From assembly GCA_965261345.1 (NCBI GenBank), contig OZ253449.1, positions 896,001-960,000 on the forward strand: 64,000 nt of DNA, read 5' to 3'. Position numbers and translations under genes: made by a program. Position 1 is the first letter of the stretch; the number at the start of each line of letters is the position of its first letter. The DNA comes from Chloroflexota bacterium (GTDB lineage: Bacteria; Chloroflexota; UBA11872; VXNJ01). Positions 29,339 through 39,578 of the stretch are shown piece after piece. The notes under the pieces were generated by a model, which worked only from the letters and a program-made list of their open reading frames with translations, ran no database searches and was not told the origin of the DNA.

Positions 29339-32026
29339 CTAGCTAACTAGTGGTGCGCTATAGCTGAACCCGCTAATTAACGGGCGGGCGGCGGCGAATC
29401 CCCGTTGCCGCTCGAAATCGGGAACTAAGAGATTGCGCAGGGTGTCACCCAGCAGGGACAATTTGACCGGCTCTGGATCACCGGGATGAAATTCCATAAC
29501 CGCCGCTTGGAAATACTGCCGGATAAATCCCGCTTGTGTTGCCGGCGCTCGCAGGCGGCCGATAAAGTCGCGGTCGACCCGGGCCTGGGTCTTGGGGAAT
29601 CCGAACGCCGCGACCCCTTCGAACCGGTTGAAAAAGTCGGCGAAGCCGATCTCTATTCCTTCCAAGGAATAGTTGGAGACCTTAAGGTTCCACACCCCGA
29701 TCAATTCACCGGGAGCACTATTAATCAAGTCGATTTCCACCCCCTGGTCAATGCTGTTCGCCAGGCCGCCGCCAACGTAATCCCAGGCAAGTCGCCGTTC
29801 CACCACCCAACCAAGCCCGACGTTGTGGAAGTCAACCACACCGCGTTGGTAGAACTGGGTTAGTGCCCCGTTTTCGAGCACCAGGACCTCGGAGGTGGGG
29901 TAGCCCCAGCGTTCTCTTCCACCGGTGCGGAGGAAGTAATTCTTAAATCCAGCTTCCACCAGGTTGCCATCGATTAGAACCGCCAGGTCGGGCACGTTGT
30001 GCTGGAGGTCCAGATTGCCGGGCGCCTGCTCGAACAGGGGTTGGCCTTGGACCGTGATCGGATAGGGGAAGCGTAGTCGGCTCGAAGGGCTGGTTCCGCC
30101 CGGCGTGGTGGGTCGGCGCGGCGGCGAATAGACCGGCGAGGAGGTGGATATCGTGTGTGTTCGAGGGCGCGAGACATCGCGGATCGTCACCGGGGTCACA
30201 ATGTCATCCTCGCCGGAGATTTTCAAGACCAGATTGAAGTTTTCGTTGTCGCCGTCGCTATCGCCCCCGGCTTCAAACGGCATCTGCACCGCCATCACAA
30301 AACTACCGTGGCCACCAAAAATATTCCTATCCAGAGTGATCGTGGCCGGATTTGGCAGGTCTTCGGATTCGGCCGGCTCGTCGGTTACGCCGGAGGTTGA
30401 AAACTCGATTTCCTCAAATCCGCCATCGACCTGGACATCAAATACCAGGACGTCACTCTCATAGACGGTGTAGGAGGACCGTCCGAATCCCTCTTCCCCT
30501 CTGGGATCGTCGTCTACCCGGACAACTTGCAGATGCTGCAGGTTGCCGCGAACCGCCGAGGTCAGATCGGTCGGCACGAATCCGACACTGGTGTAACGTC
30601 GGCCCGGATTAAAGCGCATGTCGATCATGGTGATACCGTCGCTGGCAACTCCGACATCGCGGAAGGCGTTCGAAGGCAGATCGCGCAATTCATTCCCGCC
30701 CAGGTCAAGAAACTCCAACCCGGTCAATCCTTCCAGATCGGAGTAGAAGATCTCCTCCAGCGGGTCCTCGATATCGCCGGCGTTGGGGTAGATCAAAAGT
30801 TCGGTGATGCGGCCGAGCTGGGCGAGCGAGATATCCGAGCATCTTTCGCCGACTTCCTCCTCCAGCGCCTCAACCACCTGCGGATGGCGGGCGCAGACAT
30901 CAAACTGCGGATTGTCGTTGTCGCGTACATCGATCGTATCGGCCAAAAGGTCCAGGCGGTCCCGGAGATCATCGTCAAAGTCCTCCAGGATTGCACCGCG
31001 ATCGAACAGGTAGTCCAGGTTGAACCCGTCGGACTCAAACATTCCGCTGTTGTCAACCATTTCGATATCCAAGCGCCCGCGGCGATTTTCACCCACCTTG
31101 ATCGCGGTAATTTCGATTTCTTCTTCCTCATCGTCCTCGATCTGGTCGTCCTCCTCGATGATCAGCGGCACCACGTAAATGGTGTCGGAGCTATCGCGCG
31201 AGGATGCAAGGACGTGCACGACGTGTTCGGTGTTGTCGCCATCAACTTGATTGGTAACAGTGATCTCAAATACCACGAAGCGCTCGACCGAGTCGCCGGT
31301 TCCGCGGCTTCCGTCGTATTCGTTACCGCCCTGCTGGTATTGGGAGCAAGTACCGGTGAAGATGTCAATATCGGCGCAGTCGACGCCCAGCGTGACCGGG
31401 GCGGCCAGGCCGCTCGGCCGGTTTCCAAACTGGAACGTAAGGTAGAGGATTTCGCCCTCGCCGATTGCCGACGGTAGGTTGCCGAGCCCGGTTTCGTCAG
31501 ATTCCCGGCCATCCAGCAACAGCGTTAACGAGTAGCCGGAATCTTGGCTTAGTGTCGACGGGTTCCCAGACAAGACCTCGGCGAGTTTGCTGTCTTTACT
31601 GGAAATCGCCCGGCGCAGATCGATTTCCGAGGCGCTCACGCTGGTGCCCCTAAGGTCGAGCCGGGCACCCCGAGTTAGATGATCGAGCGATCCAGGATCG
31701 GGGTCGAATACCCCCGATATCCGCCGGTCGGAAAAATCCAGTTCGATCCAAGTCACTCCATCGTCGAAATGGCCTTCGGCGTCTGCGCAGGTTGAAACTG
31801 TCAAATCCTTGGCCTCGTAGGCAGCGGTAAGGGCCCGCTGGACGTAGTCCTCAAAATCGCAGAATGCCGCGGTAGTCTGCCGGGCCGCCGTTTCCGGGGC
31901 GGCCGATGCCGCTCCCACCGGTCCCTGCCCGATGCCGGTAAGGTACATCGCCAGGCCAAGCAGCAAAACCGCAAGGGCGACCGGGGCAAAATCCCGAAAT
32001 CGCCTGTTGCCACTCCTTAAATACAT
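29339..32026 (-). CDS. Large acidic secreted/surface protein with leucine-rich repeats and the repeated C-terminal domain
   Basis: Signal-peptide-like N-terminus; VCARHPQV..C cap and LEGLTGLEFLDLGGNELRDLPSNAF LRR; C-terminal domain shared with 920..1834. Confidence 0.8.
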   Translation of the reverse strand: MYLRSGNRRFRDFAPVALAVLLLGLAMYLTGIGQGPVGAASAAPETAARQTTAAFCDFEDYVQRALTAAYEAKDLTVSTCADAEGHFDDGVTWIELDFSDRRISGVFDPDPGSLDHLTRGARLDLRGTSVSASEIDLRRAISSKDSKLAEVLSGNPSTLSQDSGYSLTLLLDGRESDETGLGNLPSAIGEGEILYLTFQFGNRPSGLAAPVTLGVDCADIDIFTGTCSQYQQGGNEYDGSRGTGDSVERFVVFEITVTNQVDGDNTEHVVHVLASSRDSSDTIYVVPLIIEEDDQIEDDEEEEIEITAIKVGENRRGRLDIEMVDNSGMFESDGFNLDYLFDRGAILEDFDDDLRDRLDLLADTIDVRDNDNPQFDVCARHPQVVEALEEEVGERCSDISLAQLGRITELLIYPNAGDIEDPLEEIFYSDLEGLTGLEFLDLGGNELRDLPSNAFRDVGVASDGITMIDMRFNPGRRYTSVGFVPTDLTSAVRGNLQHLQVVRVDDDPRGEEGFGRSSYTVYESDVLVFDVQVDGGFEEIEFSTSGVTDEPAESEDLPNPATITLDRNIFGGHGSFVMAVQMPFEAGGDSDGDNENFNLVLKISGEDDIVTPVTIRDVSRPRTHTISTSSPVYSPPRRPTTPGGTSPSSRLRFPYPITVQGQPLFEQAPGNLDLQHNVPDLAVLIDGNLVEAGFKNYFLRTGGRERWGYPTSEVLVLENGALTQFYQRGVVDFHNVGLGWVVERRLAWDYVGGGLANSIDQGVEIDLINSAPGELIGVWNLKVSNYSLEGIEIGFADFFNRFEGVAAFGFPKTQARVDRDFIGRLRAPATQAGFIRQYFQAAVMEFHPGDPEPVKLSLLGDTLRNLLVPDFERQRGFAAARPLISGFSYSAPLVS

Positions 32027-32173
32027 GATTGGCCGATCGCCTTTTTTGGAATGGACCAGGGTGGCTGTCGCAGACCCATCAATTCAAACACGCCATTGCA
32101 AGCGTAGATCGAAGCGCTCTTAGAATCGATTCGGCGGGCGGATTTCATATGTTCAAGTTTCCCCCGCGAGCTA

Positions 32174-32980
32174 ATGTCTGACCTGCTCGCGCAATTACAA
32201 GCGACCCTGCTGGGGTTTCTCGAGGCCAATCAGTACTACGCCCTGGCGCTGCTGATCGGCATTGAAGAGGCCGGGGTGCCGCTGCCGCTGCCCGGAGACC
32301 TGGCGATCCTCTTTATGGGATCGCAGATCGCCCTGGGGTCGGCCAACCCAATCGCGGTGGTGCTGGTGGCGGCTTCCTCGGCTACCGCCGGAGCATCGGT
32401 TTTGTACTGGCTCGCGCGGAGATTGGGACTGGCGCTGCTGCGCCGCTACGGCCGTTTTGTGCGGATCGACGAAGGTTCGATTGAGCGGTTCGAGGACTGG
32501 TTCCAACGCCATGGTGGGCTGGCGATTATTGTCGGCCGGATGATTCCCGGACTGCGCATCGCGGTCGCCGTGTTCGCCGGCCTGGCCCAGCTGCCCTATT
32601 TGAAATTTGCAATCTATACGGGCATATCGTCGCTGCTATGGGCATCGTTCTTCACCGGGCTGGGATGGTACTTTGGAACCCGCTGGGACCAGGTCTTAGC
32701 GGTTATCGCGCAAGTTACCGGCAACCCGCTGTTGACCGCGTTGGCCGGACTGACGCTCGGCGTGGCCTTGACCCGGCTCTACTACCGGCGGCGGCAGCGG
32801 CGGTCGGAGTCCGCCCACGCCAACATCGACCCCAAAATCGCCGAGCTCCCGGCGCCAGCCGAGGAACTGGAAATCAGGGTTTCCGAGCCCACGGTCGCCG
32901 AGCGGGTAGGTGAACCAGAGCATGGAAATGGCGGCAATTGGCGGTCCCGACCGGATTCGAACCGGCGATCTCCTCCTTGA
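32174..32980 (+). CDS. DedA family membrane protein
   Basis: IEEAGVPLPLPGD, F.RHG..AIIVGRMIPGLR, AG...LPY.KF. Confidence 0.92.
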   Translation: MSDLLAQLQATLLGFLEANQYYALALLIGIEEAGVPLPLPGDLAILFMGSQIALGSANPIAVVLVAASSATAGASVLYWLARRLGLALLRRYGRFVRIDEGSIERFEDWFQRHGGLAIIVGRMIPGLRIAVAVFAGLAQLPYLKFAIYTGISSLLWASFFTGLGWYFGTRWDQVLAVIAQVTGNPLLTALAGLTLGVALTRLYYRRRQRRSESAHANIDPKIAELPAPAEELEIRVSEPTVAERVGEPEHGNGGNWRSRPDSNRRSPP

Positions 32981-33015
32981 CAGGGAGGTATGCTAGGCCG
33001 CTGCACCACGGGACC
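32939..33015 (-). tRNA. tRNA-Asp(GTC)
   Basis: Minus strand GGTCCCG..CCTCC-CTGTCAA-GGAGG..GGTTCGAATCC..CGGGACC-G-CCA. Confidence 0.96.
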
Positions 33016-33558
33016 ATGGGAGGCGATTTGATCCCGTTAAAGTAGCGGGATCACGCCAAGTCGGAGCAATAAGCCAATAAGTTTATAGGGCCCTTTGCCG
33101 CGCGGTGGGGAATTTGAGAATCTAAGGACCATGTAATCCCTGGGGCGGCACGGGAGAAAATTACCGATGTCGGCGCGATCGCCCGGTCCTCCCGCTTGCC
33201 CGGCGAGAGTTCCGGTCCCATATTCGCTACTCGCCAGCGCACCTGGCAATCGCCTTCCTGCCGCCGCCCGAAGAAGATGTCATCTCCCTCTAAGGCGGCG
33301 CGGGCGGCAGCCTGCGGGGCACCATCGACGTCCGTGCGGGGGATGGGCATGCCCGCCGCTTCCCTGTACTTTGACCTCGTAGTCGGCGACCATTTCGGGC
33401 TCGTTGCCGCTGTTTGGACCTGGTGCAGGCTTGATGGACGGGCAAAACCGAGCCCGCTGCAGCGGGCTCGCGCGGTTCAATCAAAAGCCTGCCAATAATG
33501 GCGCTGCGCACACTACGCTACAACCAGCCGGCGCGCGCGAGATTTTGAGGGGGCGACG

Positions 33559-34614
33559 ATGCTGGAAGACCACCTAACACGACGGACCGCTTGGGCGCTT
33601 TTGCCCGCGATCATGGTACTGCTCCTGGCCTGCGCGCTGCTTGCCGCGTGCAACAGCAATGGCAACGACCTGCCAATCCCAACGACCCAATCAGATCCGC
33701 AAAGCGCCACCGACCCTGCAGGCAACGGCGATGCTGGCGGCATCACGCCCGAAAACGGCGATGTTGGTGAGGCAGCCGCGCCGGTCGCCGCCAACGCGCC
33801 CACGGTCCCGACCGGGCTTGCTATCCAAACGAAGCTCGAATCGGCCACCTATCTTGCAGAGAGCACCCAAGCAGGCACAGCAATGCTCGAAAACGGTGAG
33901 TTTCGCGAACCGGTCGCACCGGGTTCTGCTGGTGAACTGGTGATCCAGCTCGGTAAGTGGGCGCTTGGGGATCTCGACCGGCAGGGCGACTTGGACGCAG
34001 CGGCAATTACGATCGAGCATCCCGGCGGGACCGGCACTTTCTACCACCTGCATGCGTTGGTGGACGAAGAAGGCGCCCTGCGGGACGCAGATTTTGCATT
34101 TCTCGGCGACCGCATCCAGATTGAGGGCGTTTCCATTCACGACGGCGTCATCACCGTCGCGATGCTTGATCGGGCGCCGGGCGCGTACTTCATCGAGCCG
34201 CCCTCGATCCTCGTAGTCCGCTCGTTCCGGCTCCAGGGCGGCATACTGGTCGAGGTAATTGGCGAGGGCGCGTTCGCGTGCGATGCGGACCTGCCTAACG
34301 CGGCGATGGTGATTGTGCGCTCGCCCAACAGCGGCGACGAAGTAAAGAACGGATTCGGGGTAAGTGGTTGCTCGCGGACCTTCGAGTCGACGGTCAACTG
34401 GCGTTTGCTCGACCGCACGGGCAAGACGATCGCCGACGGCCATACGCAAGGCGGCGGCGTGGACGGGCCGGCTCCGTTCAACTTCACGATCGTCTACGAG
34501 TTGGCCGAGCGGCAACTCGCAAACCTCGAGGTGTTCGAGGCGAAGGTTTCAGAAGGCGAGGGCTTTCCGCCCCCGCGCGACATCGTGCCGGTTGTTCTCT
34601 TATCTAGTAGGTGA
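33559..34614 (+). CDS. Lipoprotein with a C-terminal Gmad2-like immunoglobulin domain
   Basis: LLAAC lipobox; GDLDRQGDLDAA..GGTGTF domain; SP..GDEV...VSG.SRTFESTVNWRLLD..G...F motif. Confidence 0.75.
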   Translation: MLEDHLTRRTAWALLPAIMVLLLACALLAACNSNGNDLPIPTTQSDPQSATDPAGNGDAGGITPENGDVGEAAAPVAANAPTVPTGLAIQTKLESATYLAESTQAGTAMLENGEFREPVAPGSAGELVIQLGKWALGDLDRQGDLDAAAITIEHPGGTGTFYHLHALVDEEGALRDADFAFLGDRIQIEGVSIHDGVITVAMLDRAPGAYFIEPPSILVVRSFRLQGGILVEVIGEGAFACDADLPNAAMVIVRSPNSGDEVKNGFGVSGCSRTFESTVNWRLLDRTGKTIADGHTQGGGVDGPAPFNFTIVYELAERQLANLEVFEAKVSEGEGFPPPRDIVPVVLLSSR

Positions 34615-34636
34615 GGCGGACGCTTGCAACGTTGGT

Positions 34637-34666
34637 TCGGAGGACTGCGTTAACGCAGTCCTCCGA
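34637..34666. repeat. Perfect 30-bp palindrome
   Basis: TCGGAGGACTGCGTT|AACGCAGTCCTCCGA is its own reverse complement. Confidence 0.95.
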
Positions 34667-35072
34667 TACCCGGCTTGAAAATTCCTCCGGATTTTTTAAT
34701 TCATCGGCTATCGGAATCGTTGTTAACTGCCACCAGCGATTCGCGATCACATTTGCGGCGAACAATTTTTTCAAAATCGCACCCGCATGGTGGTCTTGGA
34801 ACACACGGGCGTCTCCTGGGCGCCAATCCCGGGTGGTCTTGGCAGCGTTGATTAACGCACCGATTCGGTCCTTTCGCCAATTGCCGATGGGCTATTGATG
34901 GCGCTGAAGCGTTAATCCCGGGATGTGCGAGTATTTGTTCCCGGCGTCATATGTCAACCAAGATTTCCGCTAAACGATTCATGGGGACCGACCCGGCGCA
35001 AAGGCAGATAGAGTACGCGATTGCAGGAATCCAGATTCGACGACAGTGGGCATCTTCCCAGGTTCTTAAAAG

Positions 35073-36990
35073 TTGACTCCACACCACAACGACCCCGAAA
35101 TCACCGAGATCGCCCGGGACCTGCTTGATCGGCACCACTCCGGCGCGACTGAACAGAACGTGCTGAGCGCGGCCCGCGCTTTCCTGGTGGCGACGGAACT
35201 GTTCGATTCCAGGGAGCTGGGTGAGCAAATCGCGATCGGCGGCGGATTGGTCGACTTGATCGGACGATCGCACATCTTCGAGTTCAAACGACGTGTCGGC
35301 TTGTCCAATCGCATTCGCGCCGAGTATGTAAAGCAACTCGACGGGTACCTGGAGGCAGCCAGCACCGAGGCCCCGCAGGTGCGCTACGGTGTACTAACCG
35401 ACGGGCGCAGTTGGGTACTGCGCTGGCCAGGCCAGAGCGATGCCGAACCCACGATCAACCGACATTTTTCGTCTGGAGCGCCCTGATGACTGGTTTCTGC
35501 TCTACGAATGGCTGGCCGAGCAAGTATCAGTTGATGTCGAACCGCTCAAACCAACGGCGACCAATATTGCGGCTCAATTGGGTTCCGGCAGCCAGACCTA
35601 CCGAATCGCTATTGATCAGTTGCGGGAATTACGGCGGCTCAATTGGGTTCCGGCAGCCAGACCTACCGAATCGCTATTGATCAGTTGCGGGAATTATGGC
35701 GGCGCGCCGCCAACCCTAATTCGATCGAAGTAAAGAAAGAGCTCTGGCAGGACCTGCTGGCGGCCGCCCTCGGAGAAGCCGGACAGGTTGCAGATTCCGA
35801 AGACCTGTTCCTGCGGCACACTTACCTGTCGGCGGCGGTCGGCATTGCAATCCATGCCGCGTTTGGCCTGAGGGTATCCGAAATCGCCCAGAACGAGCCG
35901 GAAGAAATTCTGAACGGCAATCGGTTCTTTCTCGACACGGGAATCCACGGAGCGATCAACCAAGGGTTCTTTTCGTGGCCGAGTGAGGTTGACGGTTTCG
36001 CGAATTGGCTCGGGGCGCTTACCGGCGCAGTCAATCAATTCGATTGGTCGGGGCTCGACCAGGACTTTGCCCGCCTGCTGTATGAATCGATCATCTCGCC
36101 CGGCGAACGGCGCGATCTCGGCGAATACTATACGCCGCAATGGCTCGCTGACGCGGTCGTCGAGGAAGTTGTGACCGACCCCCTTAATCAGAGTGTCTGG
36201 ATCCGGCCTGCGGGTCGGGAACGTTCCTGTGGTCGGCGCTGCGACGTTATATCAACGCCGAGCGGGCAGCTGGTATGGCGCCTGCGCAAATGCCCGATTG
36301 GGCCTTAAACAACGTAATCGGCATGGATGTCCTTCCGGTGGCGGTCTTGCTCGCGCGCGCGGCCTGGCTGTTTGCGGTCCGCGATCTATTGGACGAAACG
36401 AACTGGCAGCAAGGGACGGCGGTGCCCGTTTACCTGGGCGACTCGCTGCAGTTGCGAACCGGCTATCGGCACGACCAGATATTCGGCGACTCGGCGGTCG
36501 TTCCCATCCGCGCCAAGGACGAAACGAAGGCGCGTGAATTACGGTTCCCGGTGGCGCTGGTTGATCAGAGCGATTGGTTCGATGACGTGATGCATTCGTT
36601 GGCGCGGGAGATCGAGAGCGGCGGAGATCCCGAAGCCTGGCTCAATAGCGACTCAATGCTCAGAGGAGAGCCTGACTTGGCGCATACGGCGCGCCAGCTG
36701 GCTGAATTGCACCGCAAAGGTCGCAATCACATCTGGGCCTACTACACCCGCAACTTGGTGCGCCCGATTGCATTGGGCCGGCGAAAGGTCGACGTGATCG
36801 TTGGCAATCCGCCCTGGATCTACTACAACCAAACAGACAATTTAATCCGGGATCGAACGAAGGAGTTGAGCCGCAGTTATGGGATCTGGTCAGGCGGACG
36901 ACATGCCGCCAACCAGGACATAGCCGGCCTTTTTTCACTCACTCCGCTCACTTATACCTCAAAGATCCAGGACAGATAGAGTTTGTTTTG
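35073..36990 (+). pseudogene. Fragmented type IIG-like restriction endonuclease/N6-adenine methyltransferase, truncated by IS1595
   Basis: VD...IFEFKR nuclease motif and YGVLTDGRSW; LYESII...R..LGEYYTPQWLA; LDPACGSGTFL (shifted frame near 36197); VIVGNPPW; at least four frameshifts; ends at the IS end. Confidence 0.88.
35569..35698 (+). repeat. 65-bp tandem duplication (one mismatch) causing a frameshift
   Basis: 35569-35633 and 35634-35698 are identical apart from ..TTACG versus ..TTATG. Confidence 0.92.
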
Positions 36991-37065
36991 GAGGATTATA
37001 TCGCAGGGTTGACACGTCTCCAGATTGAAGGCAAACTAGACTATTAGCTGCCAAAGAATCTACTC

Positions 37066-38007
37066 ATGACCCAGAGAGCCCCGGGCAGATCCCACCGCGA
37101 GGGCGTAACCCTGCTTGAGCTTGCCGAACTATTTCCCGACGAAGAATCCGCCCGCCAGTGGTTCGAAGACATCCTATGGCCCAATGATGACCAGCCCTGT
37201 CCGCGCTGCGGCTCTGTCAACACACACGAGGCCAGCCACAAGAAGATGCCTTACCGCTGCCGTGATTGCCGCTCGTATTTCAGTATCAAAACGGGCACGG
37301 TTATGGAAGGTTCTCCTCTGCCGCTCCGCAAGTGGGTTTATGCTATCTACTTGGATGTAACCAGCCTCAAGGCCGTTTCCAGCATGAGGCTGCACCGCGA
37401 TCTCGGTATCACGCAAAGAACTGCCTGGCACATGCAGCAGCGCATCCGCGAGGCATTCGCCGAAGGCCCGCCCGTGCCGTTCGCCGGGCCGGTCGAAGCG
37501 GACGAAACTTACATAGGTGGTAAGCGCAAGAACATGCCCCGGCGCAGGCGCGAGCAACTAACTGGGCGCGGCGCGGTCGGCAAGATTGCAGTTGCCGGAG
37601 TCAGGGACCGAGCCAGCGGGCAAATCTCGGCCGCTGTGGTTTCGATTACTAACAGCGTGGCGCTGGTTCCCTTCGTCGCCGAGCGAACCGCATCGGATGC
37701 GCACGTCTATACGGACGATCACGGAGCGTACCGATATCTACCGCGCCGCCATCAGGTCGTGCGTCACAGCGTGGGCGAATACGTGGACGGCATGGCGCAC
37801 ACGAACGGACTGGAATCGTTCTGGGCGGTGCTCAAGCGCGGTTATCACGGGACGTTCCATCACTTCAGCGCAAAGCACGTCCAGCGTTACGTCAACGAGT
37901 TTGCCGGTCGACACAACATCCGCGACCGCGACACGCTGGAACAAATGGCCATCATCTCGCGCGGGATGGTCGGCAAGCGCTTGCGCTACCGGGAGTTGGT
38001 GGCCTAA
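37066..38007 (+). CDS. IS1595 family (ISXO2-like) transposase
   Basis: CPRC..CRDC zinc ribbon, HTH (RDLGITQRTAW), VEADETYIGG, YTDD..AY, HTNGLESFW, YVNEF..RHN. Confidence 0.95.
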   Translation: MTQRAPGRSHREGVTLLELAELFPDEESARQWFEDILWPNDDQPCPRCGSVNTHEASHKKMPYRCRDCRSYFSIKTGTVMEGSPLPLRKWVYAIYLDVTSLKAVSSMRLHRDLGITQRTAWHMQQRIREAFAEGPPVPFAGPVEADETYIGGKRKNMPRRRREQLTGRGAVGKIAVAGVRDRASGQISAAVVSITNSVALVPFVAERTASDAHVYTDDHGAYRYLPRRHQVVRHSVGEYVDGMAHTNGLESFWAVLKRGYHGTFHHFSAKHVQRYVNEFAGRHNIRDRDTLEQMAIISRGMVGKRLRYRELVA

Positions 38008-38027
38008 CGGCCGCCGGAGTCGAGCGA

Positions 38028-39443
38028 ATGGGCCACCCGAACTGGGCCGGCAAGACTATCTTCACCGGCGACAACCTGCCGACAATGCGCGGCATGAATT
38101 CGGAGTCGGTGGACCTTATCTACTTGGACCCGCCATTTAATTCGAAAACTGACTATGCAGCGCCCATCGGCAGCAAGGCGGCGGGGGCTGCGTTCAAAGA
38201 CACTTGGTCGCTTTCTGATATCGATGTCGAGTGGATCAATTTACTTGAGGCCAAGCACTTGAGGCTTTGGCGAGTGTTGATGGCGGCAATGACGCCAAGC
38301 GACAAATCGTACTTGGCTTACATGGCGGTGCGATTGCTGGAAATGCACCGAATCCTCAAGCCAACCGGCAGCATCTATTTGCATTGCGATCCAACTATGA
38401 ACCATTACCTGAAATTGGTCATGGATGCGATATTCGGGATCCGAAATTTCCGCAATGAGATTGTCTGGAGACGCAGTGACTCGAAGGCAAGGGGGAGTCA
38501 GCACACGGCTCGCAGTTGGGGCAACAGCATAGACTCCCTGCTGTTTTTTTCGAAAAGCGATCAAGCGGAGTTGAAGCCGCAAATCGTAGGGGAGATGAAT
38601 GAAGCGGAAATGAAGCGGAAATTTCCCAAGGTAGACGCGAACGGCCAACGGTACAACACCAAAACGACTGCTTGGTGCTCTCCGTCAATGGGTGCGCGTC
38701 CGAACCTCTGCTACGAGTTTCGCGGCATCACTCCGCCGTACCCGTCCGGTTGGCGGTTGAGCCGTCCGCGGATGGAGGAAGAGTTTGCCAAAGGCAACAT
38801 CGTAATTCGCAACGGCAAGCTCGAACGGCGTTCTTACGCCAAGGACTATCATGGTGCGTCTCCCGCCAATCTGTGGGCCGAAACCGAATTGCTGCTCTCG
38901 GCGCATTCAAGCGAACGCACTGATTACCCGACCCAAAAGCCGCTTGCCCTGCTAAACCGCATAATCCAAGCCAGTTCCAATCCCGGTGATTTGGTATTCG
39001 ACCCGTTCTGTGGGTGCGCCACTGCCTGCGTAGCCGCCGAGCTCGCCGGGCGAAATTGGGTGGGAATCGATATATCACCGAAAGCCGCGCAACTAGTGCG
39101 GGCGCGACTGCAAGAACAACCGCCGCTTGGAATCGGTTCACTTTTCCACAACCGGCTGGTAGCGCACCGCGAGGACATTCCATTTCGCGATGATTTGGGC
39201 TTACTGCCGCCATACAACTGCATTGCCAACCGAAATGCGCTATACGGAGCCCAGGGCGGGCATTGCGCAGGCTGCGGCGAGCACTTCATGACGCAACATC
39301 TGGAAGTTGACCACATCATCAGCCGCTCGAAAGGCGGCACGGATCATCTCGAAAACCTGCAATTGCTGTGCGCGCATTGCAATCGCGTCAAAGGCGATCG
39401 TGGGATGGAGTATCTGCGGACAAAACTCCAATTGGCGGCCTGA
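38028..39443 (+). CDS. Beta-class amino-DNA methyltransferase fused to a C-terminal HNH endonuclease
   Basis: LIYLDPPFNS, FRNEIVW, YPTQKP..LL.RII..SSNPGD.VFDPFCG; CAGC..EVDHI..RSKGG.D..ENLQLLCAHCNRVKG. Confidence 0.92.
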   Translation: MGHPNWAGKTIFTGDNLPTMRGMNSESVDLIYLDPPFNSKTDYAAPIGSKAAGAAFKDTWSLSDIDVEWINLLEAKHLRLWRVLMAAMTPSDKSYLAYMAVRLLEMHRILKPTGSIYLHCDPTMNHYLKLVMDAIFGIRNFRNEIVWRRSDSKARGSQHTARSWGNSIDSLLFFSKSDQAELKPQIVGEMNEAEMKRKFPKVDANGQRYNTKTTAWCSPSMGARPNLCYEFRGITPPYPSGWRLSRPRMEEEFAKGNIVIRNGKLERRSYAKDYHGASPANLWAETELLLSAHSSERTDYPTQKPLALLNRIIQASSNPGDLVFDPFCGCATACVAAELAGRNWVGIDISPKAAQLVRARLQEQPPLGIGSLFHNRLVAHREDIPFRDDLGLLPPYNCIANRNALYGAQGGHCAGCGEHFMTQHLEVDHIISRSKGGTDHLENLQLLCAHCNRVKGDRGMEYLRTKLQLAA

Positions 39444-39458
39444 GAGAGAAGCTCAGGA

Positions 39459-39578
39459 ATGCCCAAGAAACGCAAGGCCGGCCGGCCGGCCAAGTACGGC
39501 AACTCGACGCCGAAGCAGGTAGCAGAAGTCCTCTTGCGCTACCGCCCGAAGAAACCCCGGAAGAAGCGGCGCGGCTAG
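39459..39578 (+). CDS. 39-aa very basic peptide at the right end of the IS1595 element
   Basis: Hand translation MPKKRKAGRPAKYGNSTPKQVAEVLLRYRPKKPRKKRRG*; stops 5 bp before the right inverted repeat. Confidence 0.5.
   Translation: MPKKRKAGRPAKYGNSTPKQVAEVLLRYRPKKPRKKRRG

Noticed and set aside
33016-35072. Duplicated tRNA-Tyr 3' end (att site) or integrase
   Set aside because: No convincing copy and no tyrosine or serine recombinase ORF found by eye
35569-35698. Direct repeat as a CRISPR or att site
   Set aside because: The copies are adjacent with no spacer and lie inside a coding region
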